Under the pieces are notes generated by a model, which saw only the letters and a list, made by a program, of their open reading frames with translations, did no database searches and was not told the DNA's origin. 64,000 nucleotides of DNA, from NCBI GenBank assembly GCA_965644315.1, contig CBFFRQ010000096.1, positions 248,001 through 312,000 on the forward strand, in the 5' to 3' direction. Numbering within the stretch: the first letter of the stretch is position 1; the number at the start of each line of letters is the position of its first letter. The position numbers were made by a program, and so were the translations under genes. Positions 30,982 through 43,490 of this stretch are shown in pieces. Source of the stretch: Caecitellus pseudoparvulus. Its lineage: Eukaryota; Protista; Bigyra: Bicosoecida.

Positions 30982-32391
30982 CTACCTGCCAGCGCCCCGG
31001 CGGCCTTTCTTGCTGCTGCGCACACTCGCCTGCAGCCGCGAGCGCTTGGCCTGTGACTCGGCTATCACGGCTGCCGCTGTGTCCTCCACATCCATGCCCC
31101 CCCCCCTGCCGCGCTTGGAGCCTCGTTTGGCAGCCTTGGCCTCGGCCACCTCCCGCATCTCAATGGCTGCGATGCGCTGCGCCTCCGTCACGCGTTCCAG
31201 CAGCAGGAGCACGGTGGCTTCCTCGGCGGGGAAGGCGGGCAGCTTCTTGCCGATGAGAGCCTCGATGCGTGTATACATGTCGATGTCGTACTGGGTGACG
31301 AGGGTCACGGCGCGCCCCGCCCGCCCAGCGCGCGCAGTGCGGCCCACGCGGTGCACGTAGTCCTTGCCATTGGTCGGCACGTCGAAATTCAACACCAAGT
31401 CCACGGATGGGATGTCCAGCCCACGCGAGGCGACATCTGTCGCGATGAGGATGTTGCGGCTGCCGCCTTTGAACTTGTTCAAGGCGCCCAGGCGCTTGGA
31501 CTGGCTCATCTGCCCGTGCAAGGCTGTGGCGCCAAAGCCCAGGTTTTTGAGCATGAGCGTGATGCGCTGTGCTGCGGCACACGTGGCGACAAAGACGATG
31601 CCAGTGTGACCGCTGAACTCGTTCAGCACGTACGTCAGATACGTGTCCTTGTACTTTGCAGGGATGAAGAGGTACTGCTGCACGAGGGTGTCCACGGTGG
31701 AGTACTTGCCAGACACTTGTACCTTGACGGGGTCCACGAGGGACGCCCGCTGCAGCTTGGCCACCTTGGAGGTCATGGTGGCAGAGAAGAGGTACGTCCG
31801 GCGCGCTGTCGGCACGAACTGCAGGATCTTGTTCAGGGCCTCCTCGAAGTCCATGCTCAGCATGCGGTCGGCTTCATCCATGACCAGGTACTTGATGCTG
31901 CGCAGGGAGAAGCCCTTCGTGTTCTCCAAGTGGTCCACGAGGCGCCCAGGAGTGGCCACCACCACGTGTGGCTTGCGTGCCAGCGCCACTGCCTGTGACA
32001 TCATGTCCACGCCACCCACCACCACGGCGGTCTTGACGCCGATGCCGCTGCCCAGCGCGTCGATTTGCTCCCCGATCTGGAAGGCCAGCTCACGGGTGGG
32101 CGCCAAGATGCACGCAAACAAGCGCTGGGGAGCATCCAACAAGGCCTGCAAGATAGGCAGGGAAAAGGCACCCGTCTTGCCACTGCCGGTCTCCGCCAAG
32201 CCGATGACGTCCTTGCCTTCCAGAGCAACAGGAATGGCTTCTGCTTGGATGGGAGTGGGCGCACTCCAACCCAGCTCTTCACAGGCCTCACACAGGCCAT
32301 CCACTAGACCCAGACTGGCAAAGGTTGGCTTGGGCTCCTCGCCCCCCGTGGCCTCAGCGCCGGTGTTGGACGGGGAAGCGGCGGCAGCCAT
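30982..32391 (-). CDS. DDX47: DEAD-box RNA helicase DDX47/Rrp3
   Basis: [31 protein letters not shown]; family-specific [12 protein letters not shown]. Confidence 0.95.
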   Translation of the reverse strand: MAAAASPSNTGAEATGGEEPKPTFASLGLVDGLCEACEELGWSAPTPIQAEAIPVALEGKDVIGLAETGSGKTGAFSLPILQALLDAPQRLFACILAPTRELAFQIGEQIDALGSGIGVKTAVVVGGVDMMSQAVALARKPHVVVATPGRLVDHLENTKGFSLRSIKYLVMDEADRMLSMDFEEALNKILQFVPTARRTYLFSATMTSKVAKLQRASLVDPVKVQVSGKYSTVDTLVQQYLFIPAKYKDTYLTYVLNEFSGHTGIVFVATCAAAQRITLMLKNLGFGATALHGQMSQSKRLGALNKFKGGSRNILIATDVASRGLDIPSVDLVLNFDVPTNGKDYVHRVGRTARAGRAGRAVTLVTQYDIDMYTRIEALIGKKLPAFPAEEATVLLLLERVTEAQRIAAIEMREVAEAKAAKRGSKRGRGGGMDVEDTAAAVIAESQAKRSRLQASVRSSKKGRRGAGR

Positions 32392-32777
32392 CGTGCGGAA
32401 ATTGCTTCAGATGTTCAGCACCCAGGCTCCTTCGACCTTCGTGCGAGCAGGGAATCGGGGAGAAGGCGCGCAGTGCATGGAATGAAAACATGTGGCACCG
32501 TGCGCCAAGATCGGAATCCGCTAAGCATGGGAATTTTGGAGGGCCACTGGCCTTCTGCCTTGCGTTCAATGGCAGACCACGACACGCGCAGCGGCCACCA
32601 CCACGACGCGAAAACCTGAATTGTCAACGGGCTGTATGCAGGGCCTCAGCATTCCTCTAGTTGCCCCCGCACGCCCGCAGATTCTGGCTGGGCAGTCCAG
32701 ATACCCAACCCTCGGCCAGCCCTTCATCCGCACGTGTGCACGCTGGCCATCGGAGCACATTGCCCTGAGCAGTGTTG

Positions 32778-33605
32778 CTATCCGCGGGTAGTGCTCCTGT
32801 TGATGGCGTCAAGCAAGTTGTCCAGGCCGTCACGCAGCGCAGCGGGCGTGTCTGGGGACGTCTCGTACAGGGGGTAGGACATCATACCCTTGGGGGCCGT
32901 CACTGGCTTGGCGGCCTGTGTGGCATTGTGACGATACGCAAGCACCACCACACGGCGCTCGTCGAAGCCAGTGTCCTTCACAAACCACTGGTGCCTGCAG
33001 CGCGCAAGGAGTGGGAATGTGGGCATGCAGCCCACGGAGCCTGGGTGGTCAACGCTGCGGGCAGGACGCACCACAAGTTGACTTCATTGGCCTGTGCACT
33101 GTCCATGGGATTATACATCAGCATGACCCCGTCGGCCTTGTGCTTGATGGCGGGCCAGCCAGCCTCGAACCTGCAAGGAGAAGCTCCAGCAGCTTCGTGT
33201 CGTGCGTTCGCAAGGCGTGCAGTGCGCAAGGGAGCTGCACACCTCTCATTGCCTGAGACGTCCCACAGCTCCACTTTCAGCGTTCCCAGCCCGCTGATGG
33301 TGCGGTCAAACTTCAGGATGCGGGCTCCAACCGTCGCTGGCAGCTCCCCACTAGCCTTGATGGCCAGCTCAGATCGCTCGCCAGCAAGGAAATTGGCCAC
33401 GACCGTCTTGCCAGCCTGTACGAGTGAGAAGCAGGGTGTTGCTGTTCCTTGGCGCCGCAAGAGGTGCTGGGCACCGTTGAGCATGGAGCTGCGAGCGCTT
33501 CCACTGGGTGTGTGAAACGGCAGCAGAAACGCCGCGCACCTTCGAGGGGCCCACGAGCACCACCTTCAGGCGCTTCTCTTCGCTGACAGGTTCCGCAGCA
33601 GCCAT
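32778..33605 (-). CDS. IFT22: Intraflagellar transport protein 22 (RABL5)
   Basis: Four exons give LKVVLVGPSK|AGKT..PATVGARIL..VELWDVSGN|RFEAGWPAI..LW|HQWFV. Confidence 0.88.
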
Positions 33606-33838
33606 GGTGACTGAGTCGCTGTGCTACCCTTGTGCAAGGCTGCCCACGCTACGTGGATGCCTTCAGCGTCGAACGGATGCGGCGTGGTGTATGTGCCGCC
33701 AGTTGGCAGGCTAGCAGAGAGTTCAAAGCGACACAAACACGAAGCCCTGGTGCACTGCAATGATTTAGCGCTGTTGGACATGTGCCGTGTGCCTTGCAGT
33801 GTTCAAGGCACATTCAGAGGCCCCTTTCTCCCCTCCAC

Positions 33839-34244
33839 ATGGCTGCGGAAATTGATGGCTCCTCCCCAGCGCGAGCCTCGACTGGAGACAGCGAGCTGCC
33901 CCGCCTTCACTTCCCAAAGCGGTGCATACATCGCCTCATGGCTTCCTCGGCGGCTGTGCTTCAAGGCGAGAAGGTGAGCCTCTCCGCTGCTGTGGCTGCA
34001 GTGCGAAGGCGTGCTCCACATGCGCTCCTCCGCGCCGCAGATGAACCTCGACCCAGAAGCGTGTGCCGCCATGAACTTCATTGCAGGTGTGTTCCTGGAA
34101 GACATATCTCTCCGAGCAGCGGCAGCGTGCCCCAAAGGCCGCACCCTCTCCGCCAAGCACGTCTGCTCGGGGCTCAGCTCCGCAGCGTACCTGGACTTCA
34201 CCGTGGACCTGCAGCACGCAGTGACACACCTGCGGTCACGGTGA
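33839..34244 (+). CDS. Small histone-fold protein, NF-YB/POLE3(CHRAC17)/DR1 family
   Basis: Exon 33839-33973, intron GTGAGC..GCAG 33974-34040, exon 34041-34244: LHFPKRCIHRLM..LDPEACAAMNFIAGVFL..GRTLSAKHV..L...YLDF. Confidence 0.7.
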
Positions 34245-34257
34245 AGGGTGGGGCACC

Positions 34258-35942
34258 TCAACGCATGGCAGCCAGCGATCGCTGCGGGGTGCCTGGCGCA
34301 GGCACTGCGGAGATTGTCGTCGCGGTGACCCGGGAAGGGCGCGCGGGGCTGCTGGCCACCATCGTGTCTGCCAGCGTCTGGGAGCCGTCGGGCAGGGCGG
34401 TGGCATCCCCCTGGCCGGGGCCGGGCGGAAACACGTGCCAAAATCGAAGCGTTTCATCCCCTGCGCCAGTGACGGCCGTCTGGCCATCGGGAGACAGTGC
34501 CAGGTACAGCACCCGAAAGGTGTGCCCCGTCAAGGCTGCCACCTTGCGCATGTCCTCGTGCCGCCACACTGCGATCTCGTTGGCACTGAAGCCGTGGGTG
34601 GAGATGAGCTCGTCCACATTGGTGCTCCACCCCAGCGCACACACCTGGCTGGCAGTCTGCACGCAGCGCGTCTCCGTCCCCCGCAGCACATTCCACAGCC
34701 GAATGGTCTTGTCGGCAGTGCCACCACCAGACGCCAGCACGCCTGCCTGGTGTGGAGACCAGGCAAGTGCCTTCACTGCAGCGCGGTGTGCTGTCAGGTC
34801 TAGCAGAGCATCCCGCCGCTTGGTGAGGGTGGTGGGGGACTGCCCCGCCCTGCGCAGGGAGCAGGCGTCCCACAGCAGCAGGCGGTTGTCGTTGCCGCCA
34901 GAGGCCAGGAACCGGGAGTCTGGCGACCAGGCAAGGCCACACACTTCCTGGGCGTGCGATTTCAGCTCCTGGAATGCGCTTGTGGGCGACCTGACATCGC
35001 GCAGGCGAATGCTGCCGTCTTTGCAGCCTGTCGCGAGCGTGGTGGCTGACCACGACGAGACGGCCACTCGCCCCTTGTGGTCCACATACCGACGCACTTC
35101 CTGGCCTGTCTCTGCATCTCTGAGACTGACGACACCCCGCGTGGTGCCCACAGCCAGCAGCTTGCCGGAGCGACTCCACTGTACGCTGCTGACGCTGCCG
35201 AAGCCCTGTGTGTCGGCGACTTTCTCCACACTGGCACTGTTGGCATTCCAAGAGTACACGATGTTACTGAGGCCCACAGCGACGCAGTTCAGGCTGGACC
35301 AGTGCACCAAATTCAAGTAGAAGTCGTCTGCCAGCCGAGGAGCATCCAGCACCTTCACTGGCGCTCGTGGAACGCGCCTGATCCGCTTGGGAGACACGGC
35401 GAGAGCTGCCGTGCTCGTGGGAGACAGGCAGGCTATGCTGCCGACATCTGTCACTGCTTTAGCAGCTCGGCGCCGCTTCGGTGGCGTGTGGAAGCCAAGG
35501 ATGGGCGCAGTGCTGCTGGCTTCAGCTGCCGCTGCACTGGCCCGAGTGACGATCGGTGACGCAGCCCGCGGCAGGACATTCTCATCTCCACACAGCTCGG
35601 TGGAGAGGACCTCCAGCTGTGTGGGTGTCACAGCAGACTTGGCGGCCTTTCGCTGTTGCTGACGGGACGGCCTGCGGGTGAAGCAGCGCCAGAGTGCAGG
35701 CAAGAGCAGCGACTGCGGCAGGGCAGCCTCGGCGCACTCACTCCGAGACTGGAGAGGTCAGCAAGGTGTTGCCGTGCATGATGTGTCCAGAGCTCCGCTG
35801 AGGGATGAAGCGGTCATGCCTGCGTCGAGTGGTGTGGTCGGGGAAGGCGGGCAGTGTTTCGGTGGCGTTACGGGACGAGCCCCGCAAGCCCTCCTCACAT
35901 GCGCCGAGGGCTCGGTGGAGCAGGTGGGCGGGACGCCGCCAT
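34258..35942 (-). CDS. FZR1: APC/C co-activator Cdh1/Fizzy-related (WD40)
   Basis: C-box HDRFIPQR in a small second exon; VLDAPRLADDFYLNLVHWS; GHTFRVLYLALSPDG..GAGDETLRFW; ends in MR. Confidence 0.88.
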
Positions 35943-36162
35943 GCTTGCTGAACCCCCTCCCTATCTCGTCCGATCGAAGCAGGAGGGAAGACCCCACCAG
36001 TTCCTCAGCGCAGCCTCGAACGGGTGCGCGCAGCGTGGCGTTGGCGCCGACGTGCCCAACCCGCTGCGCATCCACCTTGCTCAGGCACATCTGACTTGCG
36101 ATGCGGGCGCAAGACACGTCGCAACATCATACATTTGACAAAACCAGGCGAATCGCCCCCTC

Positions 36163-37414
36163 CTACTTCTTGCCTTTGCCCCCCTTCTTGCCCTTCTTGC
36201 CCTTCTTTGCCTGGGCATCTGTCACGGCGCGCCAGCGCTTGTACCGGTCCTCACGCTCCGCCTCGGCGGCGGCGTCGGCCTCTGCAGCAGCCGCTGCAGC
36301 GGTGCTTCGCTCTGCCTCTCGTTTCAGTCGCTGTGCCTCCAGCCAGTCTGCCTCGAAGGCAGCTGCGGCATCGGCAGCCGCCTTCTCCTCCCGCTCCCCT
36401 TCAGCTCGCCGGGCGTCGGCTCGGCGCGCCTTGACACTCCGCCTCTGCTCCTGCAACAAGGCCTTATTCGCTGCCAGGCGATCTGTGATGAAGCTTTGCT
36501 GCTCCACGCTGATGCCATCAATGTGAGACACCTGCACTGTGCGCAGGGTGGAGTTTGCGGCCAGAGCGCCCACCAGGGCCTGCCCGCCCTCCTGCCCCAA
36601 GCCGCACTGGAACAGACCCAAGTGCACCAGGGTGGAGTTTCCCACCAGCGCATCGCCCAGGGCCTGCACGCCTGAGAAGTCTTTGCCCTTGTTGGTGAGG
36701 GGGTTGCTGTTGAGGGACAAGCTCATGAGGGACCGGTTCGCGCTCAGCGCCTCTGCCAGCATGCCGGCAGTGGAGGCAGTGAAGGCGTTGTCTGACAGGT
36801 TCAGGCTCATCAAGGCGCTGTTCACCCGCAGGGCGTCGGCGAGGTAGCGGCCCACGTCGTCACGAAGGCGGCACCGGGACAGGTCCAGCGTGCGCAGGGA
36901 GGTGCAGGGGCCCAGCACCTTCACAAAGGCGCGCACGCCAACTGGAGAGCACCCCTGCAGCAACATGTCAGGCGGGGTTTTGTTGGCCTGTACTAGCTGC
37001 ATCCAGAATGCCAGCTTGGGGTCGTTGCGCACAGCGTCTGCCTCATCAGCCAGCTGCCGCTCCAGCTGCCGCTTCTTCTTTTCGGCTTGTTCGGCAGCTC
37101 TCCGTCTCGCCAGCTCCGCCTCGCGCTCTTTCTCGCGCTCTGCACGGGATGCTTCCCACTCCTCGTCCAAGATCTGCGGCGGGGACGCAGCGCGGGGACT
37201 CCGGGTGCCTCGCAGGGCTTCCACACACTCGCCGACTTCACATCGCGCTCACCCTCTGCAGCTTTGCTTCATCCTCAGCTGGAAATCCTGACGCTTTCTC
37301 GCCCCGTTCCACCAACAACTCAATGCGTTTATTCTGGCTTATGAGCGATACATTGATCCTGCCGTCTTCGTGGGTTGGCAGGCCTGCCAAACTCCCACCC
37401 CAGCCAGCTGCCAT
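36163..37414 (-). CDS. RNI-like leucine-rich repeat protein with coiled-coil and Lys-rich tail
   Basis: Repeats LRTLDLSRC, LMSLNLSDN, LMSLSLNSN, LVHLGLFQC. One intron inferred near 37180-37250; start uncertain. Confidence 0.75.
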
Positions 37415-37868
37415 GTGGGACCAACTTCCGCAGTCCACTCGCCAAAGCTGCTACCTCCCGCTTTGCTCTGACCAGTTCAGCAATAGAGTGCTGAACCACG
37501 GAAACACCCTCACGTGGACTGGGCGCCTGCTGGACGGAGTTGGTGTGTGTTTTGCATGAGGAGGGGTTGGTGACGGGCGGCGCAGATGCATGCACCTGCG
37601 GGCGCACATGCGGACCTGCCGCGCAATGCGCTGCATGACCACACTTCCCGAAAGATGCACTCTTCTTCTTGGTGCAGCAAGGACTATATGCCTAGGAACT
37701 TGGTCACGAAGGCTGGGTTGGCTGCCTGCGACCGTGCAGTCAGTGGCGGTTGACTTCATCTCCTGTCGTGCGTTCATGCTGCAAAATCCGCTCGCTCCCC
37801 ACTACCGGCGGCGTGCTCATGCGCGCAGGTATAAGCACACCAACAAAAACCCCCTCCACAGATAAGTC

Positions 37869-39864
37869 ATGGCCATGCAACGTCTGCTCTGTGCAGCCTG
37901 CCTCGTGTTGCTCGCTGGCACGATTCGAGCAGGCTTTGCTCCGGCTGTTAACGCCAACACGAAACCCCCTTCCAAAGAGGAAGCGGGGGTCGCCCACACT
38001 CAGAAAGGGCTGCATGAGGCACCCCCCACAAGCGAGGCTGGCAGCGACTCTCCGTTGATGGCTGTGCGTTTTACGCCGAGTGCTGTCACTTGCGGGTGGT
38101 GCTGACATCGCTTCACCCGCCCTGCTGCGAAGGCGGATCTCATGACAGACAGTCTGGCTGAAGGAGAGGGGACATGCAGCGAAGCATGCGAAGCAGAGAG
38201 CCCCCGTGAGGGTGAGTGCCCAGTGCTGCCTTCCTCGGGGGTGTGGGCAGGGAGATGGCCGGCCACGCTGCTCACATCGCACTCACACAGAAAAGGACGA
38301 ACTCCAAGCGGTGGAAGCAAGCATTGGGGCACCAGAGGTCAGCAAGGTGTCAACTGAGCAGCTTGACTCTGTGAAAGAGCATGCTACTCAGGAGGAATCA
38401 GGCAGTGTGGAGCGTGTGGATGACATCCTGGCCGGTGAACAGGATGCTTCCCACGAGAAAGAGCCAGAGGCATCGTCGGATGCAGGTGGTGACGCAAGCG
38501 ATGTAACCATTTCTGATATGCAGGAGGCAGGAGTTGAGGTGGACTCAGTAGAAGTTCCGATGCCGCAAGAAGGCGTCGACGCAGGAGAGGTGACAGATCA
38601 GGAGCAACTGCACATTGAGGGCACCTCCGCATTGGACCCACAGGGGAGCCCAACATCGCAGTCCACACAGGACACGATCCAAGACACTCCAGTCGACGCA
38701 CAGAGCAAGCCAGCAGCCACTGATGAGCTTCCGAACCAGGAGGCAGACGTCCCTGCGGCGGAAGCTAACGCGCCGACGAAGGATCCAACTGCCGCCACGC
38801 CTGACAGAGCCGACCACACCAGCACTCAGCAGAAAGCCCCTGCAGTTCTTGAGGAAGATGCAGCTTTTTGCGGGGAGCGTGGCCTTAGCGCACGTGCAGA
38901 AGGGCGGCGGAGGCTGCTTGCGGGACTCGTCAGCCTTGGAGAGTCCGACGAGATGCTGCTGCACACTGCATTGCGGGAGCTTGCAGGCGTCGCCGCTTTC
39001 GTGGGCATTTCGTCACCTTCACACAGCCTGACCCAGGGCCAGCCTCGTAGCTCCATCGTGCAGCGTCTTGCAGCGGACTTGAACGCCGCAGGGACTCCGT
39101 TCGCCTTCCGCCAGGCGAACACAGGGAACACGACGCTTGAGGATGTCCACGAAGCGTTCAGCGTCCAGATGACGGAGCAGGCAATGCGTGAGGCGGGGTA
39201 CCTGGAGCTTATGGCGGCGCACACGAGATGGCGCCAGGTGTGGGATGACTTGGTAGCTTTCGCCCCGATCGCATCCATGCAGGCCTCTGACCTGCTGCTG
39301 CTGGGCAGGGTCAACGAGATCCCGTCAAAGACTGCCATGCGCATTGCCGTTGCATGTGATGTGCCCACACCTGTGCACTTCGAAACACAAACGTACCGCT
39401 TCCGCATGGGCTGCAAGCAAGCCGGTGTGTGGGCCCGCCCTGAGGTGTACAGCTTGCAGGAACTGGCCGGCACATCGATCTCCATGGCGCGACTGTCCCG
39501 CAAGGGTGGCAGCGAGGAACGGAGCACTGGCGGCTTCCCGACCTCATATACTGCCCCGCCCCATGAAAACGTAGAGCTAAAGGCGCCCGGACTTGTGGTG
39601 CAGGATGCAGGGTGGCACTTGGACTTGTTCGGGGGGGTCTCTTCAGCAAACAGCACAGTGACTGAGCACTTGCTGCCGTCGGACCTTGCTCAGCTGTCGC
39701 AGCGCATCCCTGATGCACTTGCGCAAGCCATGGCCGCTGGCCATGACGTGCTGTTCCCCAGCGACGAAGAATGGCTTGGCGAGGCGTGCCGCGGCGAGGT
39801 GCTGGTCTCAGAGCTGCCCACAGCCTTTGCAGAGAACACTGAGGCGTATGCTTGGGCAATTTAG
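37869..39864 (+). CDS. Secreted or signal-anchored protein with divergent glycosyltransferase family 17 (MGAT3-like) domain
   Basis: Hydrophobic N-terminus, acidic stem, then RELAGVAAFV, DLLLLGRVNEIP, DAGWHL resembling GT17 motifs; two short introns inferred near 38065-38290. Confidence 0.55.
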
Positions 39865-39889
39865 CCCTATCCCCAATACACAGCACACA

Positions 39890-41280
39890 TCAGGCCCATG
39901 AAAGGTTGTAGATCTCCAGCTGAGCTTCGTAGCAGCCGCCGCCAGTGGCAGGTGTGCCTGCCTCGCGCAAGCTGTCCTTTCCACGCCCTTGCTCCATGGC
40001 CAGGTGCTGCTGCTCGATAAGGTCCTGCACGAGGCCAGACGGGACTGGGGTGCGATGTACTTGAAAGCCGCAAGCCACTGCTGCGTCTTCAAAGAACTTC
40101 ACGCCCCAGCGAACGTCCGCAGGTGGCAGCATGAAGTAGGCCTGGCCAGAGGGCGCCAACCACTGGGACACCGCGCGGGCAACGTGTTCCGCATCTTCCC
40201 TGCTGCAGATCATGTCACTTCCGATGACGACGTCGAAGCGGTCCACCCCATCCAGCTCAGGGTGAAGATCAGCGAGGTAGTGGGGATCCCGCACACAGCT
40301 GCCCCGCACACCGGCCTCCCCTCGACCTGAGCTGGATGTGCCGGGCGACTCCCGCTGCACATCCCGGGTGTTTTCTCGGCTCCAGTCCAGCCGCCTCACG
40401 AGCACGGTATGGTCAGCTGGGAAGGGTGATGGTGTGGCACAGACTGGGGGGTCACCTACTGGGAGAGCAGTGCTGTTGCAGTTCAGGACTGCGTTGTGCA
40501 AGCAGTTGCGCAGGACCGCCGGGTTGAAGTCAGTGAGAACCACATGTGGGATAATGTGGGCTGCTAACAGACCTGTCAAGCCCATGCCAGCCCCCATCTC
40601 CAGAAGGTTCTTGACTTTGCCACACCAAGTCGGCGCCAACTCAGCTGCAAGCCAACGACCCATGATCTCCGCAGCCGGCCACAGCACCATGCCCACGTCT
40701 GCTTGGGACTCCATGCGCTTGGCCCACTCATGCCGCAGCACCAGCTGGGTGGTGTCTGTACCCTTCTCGTGCTGTGTGCTTGCGGACATGGTGAATGTGA
40801 ATGTTGAAGGCCGGACATCGTAGGCATCGGGAAGGGAGGGCGGCATGGGAAAGCTGTAGCCGGCTGGCAGGCCCGCACTGCACACTCCAATCGCGTCCCC
40901 GACCAAATCGCCCCACTCATCCCCTTCTGGTGTCGCGGGACCCGCCCAGGACATGCTACGGGTGAGCAGCTTCGAAAGGGCTGCGTGGCCTCCGCGCATG
41001 CCGAACTCCAGCGCACAGTCCATGTCCAAGCACACGACCCCAACCACTCTCAGAGCTTGCACGACATCTGTGCCGCTTGAGGGTGTGGCCTCCTCCAGTG
41101 CCTGCACAAGCGCTGCCAGTCCACCCTCTGCGAAAAGAAGGGAGAGTAAAACGTGTACGAAACGCAGGCCTCCCTTCCTTCGCTCGCAGGATTCGACGCA
41201 CTGGACCGAAAGACCAGGCAGTCAGCAGGATGAGTAGACACTCCTTGGAGCAGCTCCAGCGCGTCACTGTCGCTCGCCAT
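39890..41280 (-). CDS. SAM-dependent protein methyltransferase, family 16 (METTL21-like)
   Basis: VGMVLWPAA, LLEMGAGMGLTG, VVLTDFN, LDW, FDVVIGSDM; ATG at 41280 with one intron. Confidence 0.85.
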
Positions 41281-41741
41281 AGGGCCTTGTCTGGATGTAT
41301 GCGTGCACACTGAGGAGGCGTGCGAAGGTAGGCGTCTTCCCGAAAGCTGTGTGGCTTCGGCGAAGCGGACAGGGTGGCGAAACCGACCGGCAGAACGGAA
41401 CAAAGTGCCTCGCGGTGTACGAAGCGAGAAGTTCTCAGTTCTTTCAATGTATTGCGCCAAGCCTTATGCGTGCCCTGTTTGTGATCCTTGAGGGACACGA
41501 CGGGTGTTGCACGCACCAAGCTCGAGCCAGGGCTGCAGTCTAGAGGCGGGCCACAAATGCAAGCTCGGCAAAAGTGACACCATCATGGAGATACGTGGTG
41601 CGTTTGGTGCAGTGTTTGGAGTGCTCCACGGGCATAGTGCCTTGCAACGTGGCCACCTTTGCCCTGGCCATCTGTTGCTGAAAGCGCGACCAGTGGTAGG
41701 GGCGCGAAGCGATTTCCGCAGCTGGGCCGTCCCACAGTGTG

Positions 41742-43490
41742 ATGTTCAAGCGCGGCGCCGACGATGGGGGCATTGACAAAGCCAAACTCCGGAAGAAAGT
41801 GCGGAGCATGAACCGCCGTGCGGAGCGTCGCCGCATCCGCCAAGAGGAGGAGCACCGGCGGCAGGAAGAAGCGCTGGCTTCGGCAGTGCTGGACAAGACC
41901 CAAACCATCATCGGGCTCCGAGGGGAGATCGGGACAGTAGCTCACACAGCAGCAAAGGCTGAGCGTGACGCCCTGCAAACACAGTTGTCACAGCTGCGAG
42001 AGTCCAAGGCAGACCCGACCGGGGCAGCAGCGTTGCATGCGCTGTTTGACAGCCATGCGCAGCAAAGGCGCGAGGCCGCCGTGGCTACTCGGCAGACCAT
42101 TCGGAAGGCAGCTCTCACACAACACCGCAAGCGCATGTCCATGGCAGACACGCAGGCTAAGCACCCAAAGCCGTTCAAGAACGACTCTGACGTGGTGGAC
42201 GTGATTTCGCGCAGGCCCGAGGGGCTGGGGCCGAGCCAGCCCAGCCAGGAGCGACTGGGGTGGACCAAGATGGATTTCCGGCTGAAGCCTGGTCAGCCTG
42301 ACTTTCGCACACGCTGCGACGAAGGGTCCTTTGGCTACGTTGCACCTGCACGGCAGCTGAAGCTGGGGGGGCCAGGCAGCGCGCCGCCTGAGCCGGACGC
42401 CGCTCGACTGGCCGCACTGAAGAAGTCAGCCAAGCGCCGGCCGCTGTGGGCGGCGCGACACACCGGGCCATGGAAGAGCAGTGTGCAGCAAGACGGCGCA
42501 CCGGCCTTCTCCTCCCTCGCACCCTCCCGCCCTGCCGATGATGACGAGCGGCGCATGGCCTCGCGGTACATCGTCCCGGACCGTGTGCACTACAAGCCTG
42601 CCCTGGAAGGCAAGCCGGAGTGGAAGCCCGTGCGTGCTGACGACTCCGACAAAGACTTCTCGCGCTTCGCCCCCAACGACGTGTGGCTCCGGAACCACAA
42701 TACGCTGGAGGCTGAAGCGTTGCTGGAGAAGTTTGGCATTGACCCCCTGCAGTTCAAGAGCAGCCGTGAAAAGCGGGTGCGGGCAGCCAAAGCGTCAGCG
42801 CGCAAGGCGCCTGCCCTCCTTGGAGATGGGGATGCTGACGAATTCTCCAATCGAAAGACAGTCTCCTCTGGCTCGTATGTCCGCGGTGGCGCCTTCAACT
42901 TCGACGTGACGCTGGCACGCGGCAGCCAAGCCAGCCGGGACGGCGCTCAGAGCCTGCAAGAGGGGCGCGCCGTGGCGTCTGCACGGGCGTTTCAGAGGAC
43001 CATGCAAGGGGGTGCCATTGCTGCGCGAGCGTCGATGCAAGGCACGCGCCCGCAGTCCACTGCCTCTGCCACAGGTGGCCTGTGGCGCAGCAGGGACGCT
43101 CGCGCCCGGCGCCGGCCTGCCAGCCAGGCCGTCGCGCGCTCCGCACTCTTTGACACCATCGCGCGGTCCAAGTTGCCCGCAAAGGATGTTGCGGTGCTGG
43201 CCAGTGGCAACACGGCTGCAGCAGGGCAGGGAGCGCTGCACTCTGTCGGCCGGGGTGGGCACATAGACAGGGAGCGGTATGCCGCGGTGCTCGCGGAGGC
43301 CTCCACTCTGGGAGGCACGTCTTCTACCGCGGTCCGTCCTGGCAGCGCGGGTGATGACCTCCTCGCCTTGACTGGCATGCAGCCAGCCCCCTCAGGGTCC
43401 CCCACTGGACAGCGGCTCGCAGGCAAGAGCGTGCAGGAGATGTCCAGCATTGGCGCCGGCGTGCGGGCCACTGCTCCAAAGTACTACTGA
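41742..43490 (+). CDS. Hypothetical basic protein with N-terminal coiled coil
   Basis: 582-codon ORF with coding-like codon usage; no domain recognised. Confidence 0.65.
   Translation: MFKRGADDGGIDKAKLRKKVRSMNRRAERRRIRQEEEHRRQEEALASAVLDKTQTIIGLRGEIGTVAHTAAKAERDALQTQLSQLRESKADPTGAAALHALFDSHAQQRREAAVATRQTIRKAALTQHRKRMSMADTQAKHPKPFKNDSDVVDVISRRPEGLGPSQPSQERLGWTKMDFRLKPGQPDFRTRCDEGSFGYVAPARQLKLGGPGSAPPEPDAARLAALKKSAKRRPLWAARHTGPWKSSVQQDGAPAFSSLAPSRPADDDERRMASRYIVPDRVHYKPALEGKPEWKPVRADDSDKDFSRFAPNDVWLRNHNTLEAEALLEKFGIDPLQFKSSREKRVRAAKASARKAPALLGDGDADEFSNRKTVSSGSYVRGGAFNFDVTLARGSQASRDGAQSLQEGRAVASARAFQRTMQGGAIAARASMQGTRPQSTASATGGLWRSRDARARRRPASQAVARSALFDTIARSKLPAKDVAVLASGNTAAAGQGALHSVGRGGHIDRERYAAVLAEASTLGGTSSTAVRPGSAGDDLLALTGMQPAPSGSPTGQRLAGKSVQEMSSIGAGVRATAPKYY

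Noticed and set aside
28114-35942. UBE2C and Cdh1 as an APC/C functional gene cluster
   Set aside because: They are separated by four unrelated genes; chance proximity cannot be excluded without synteny data.
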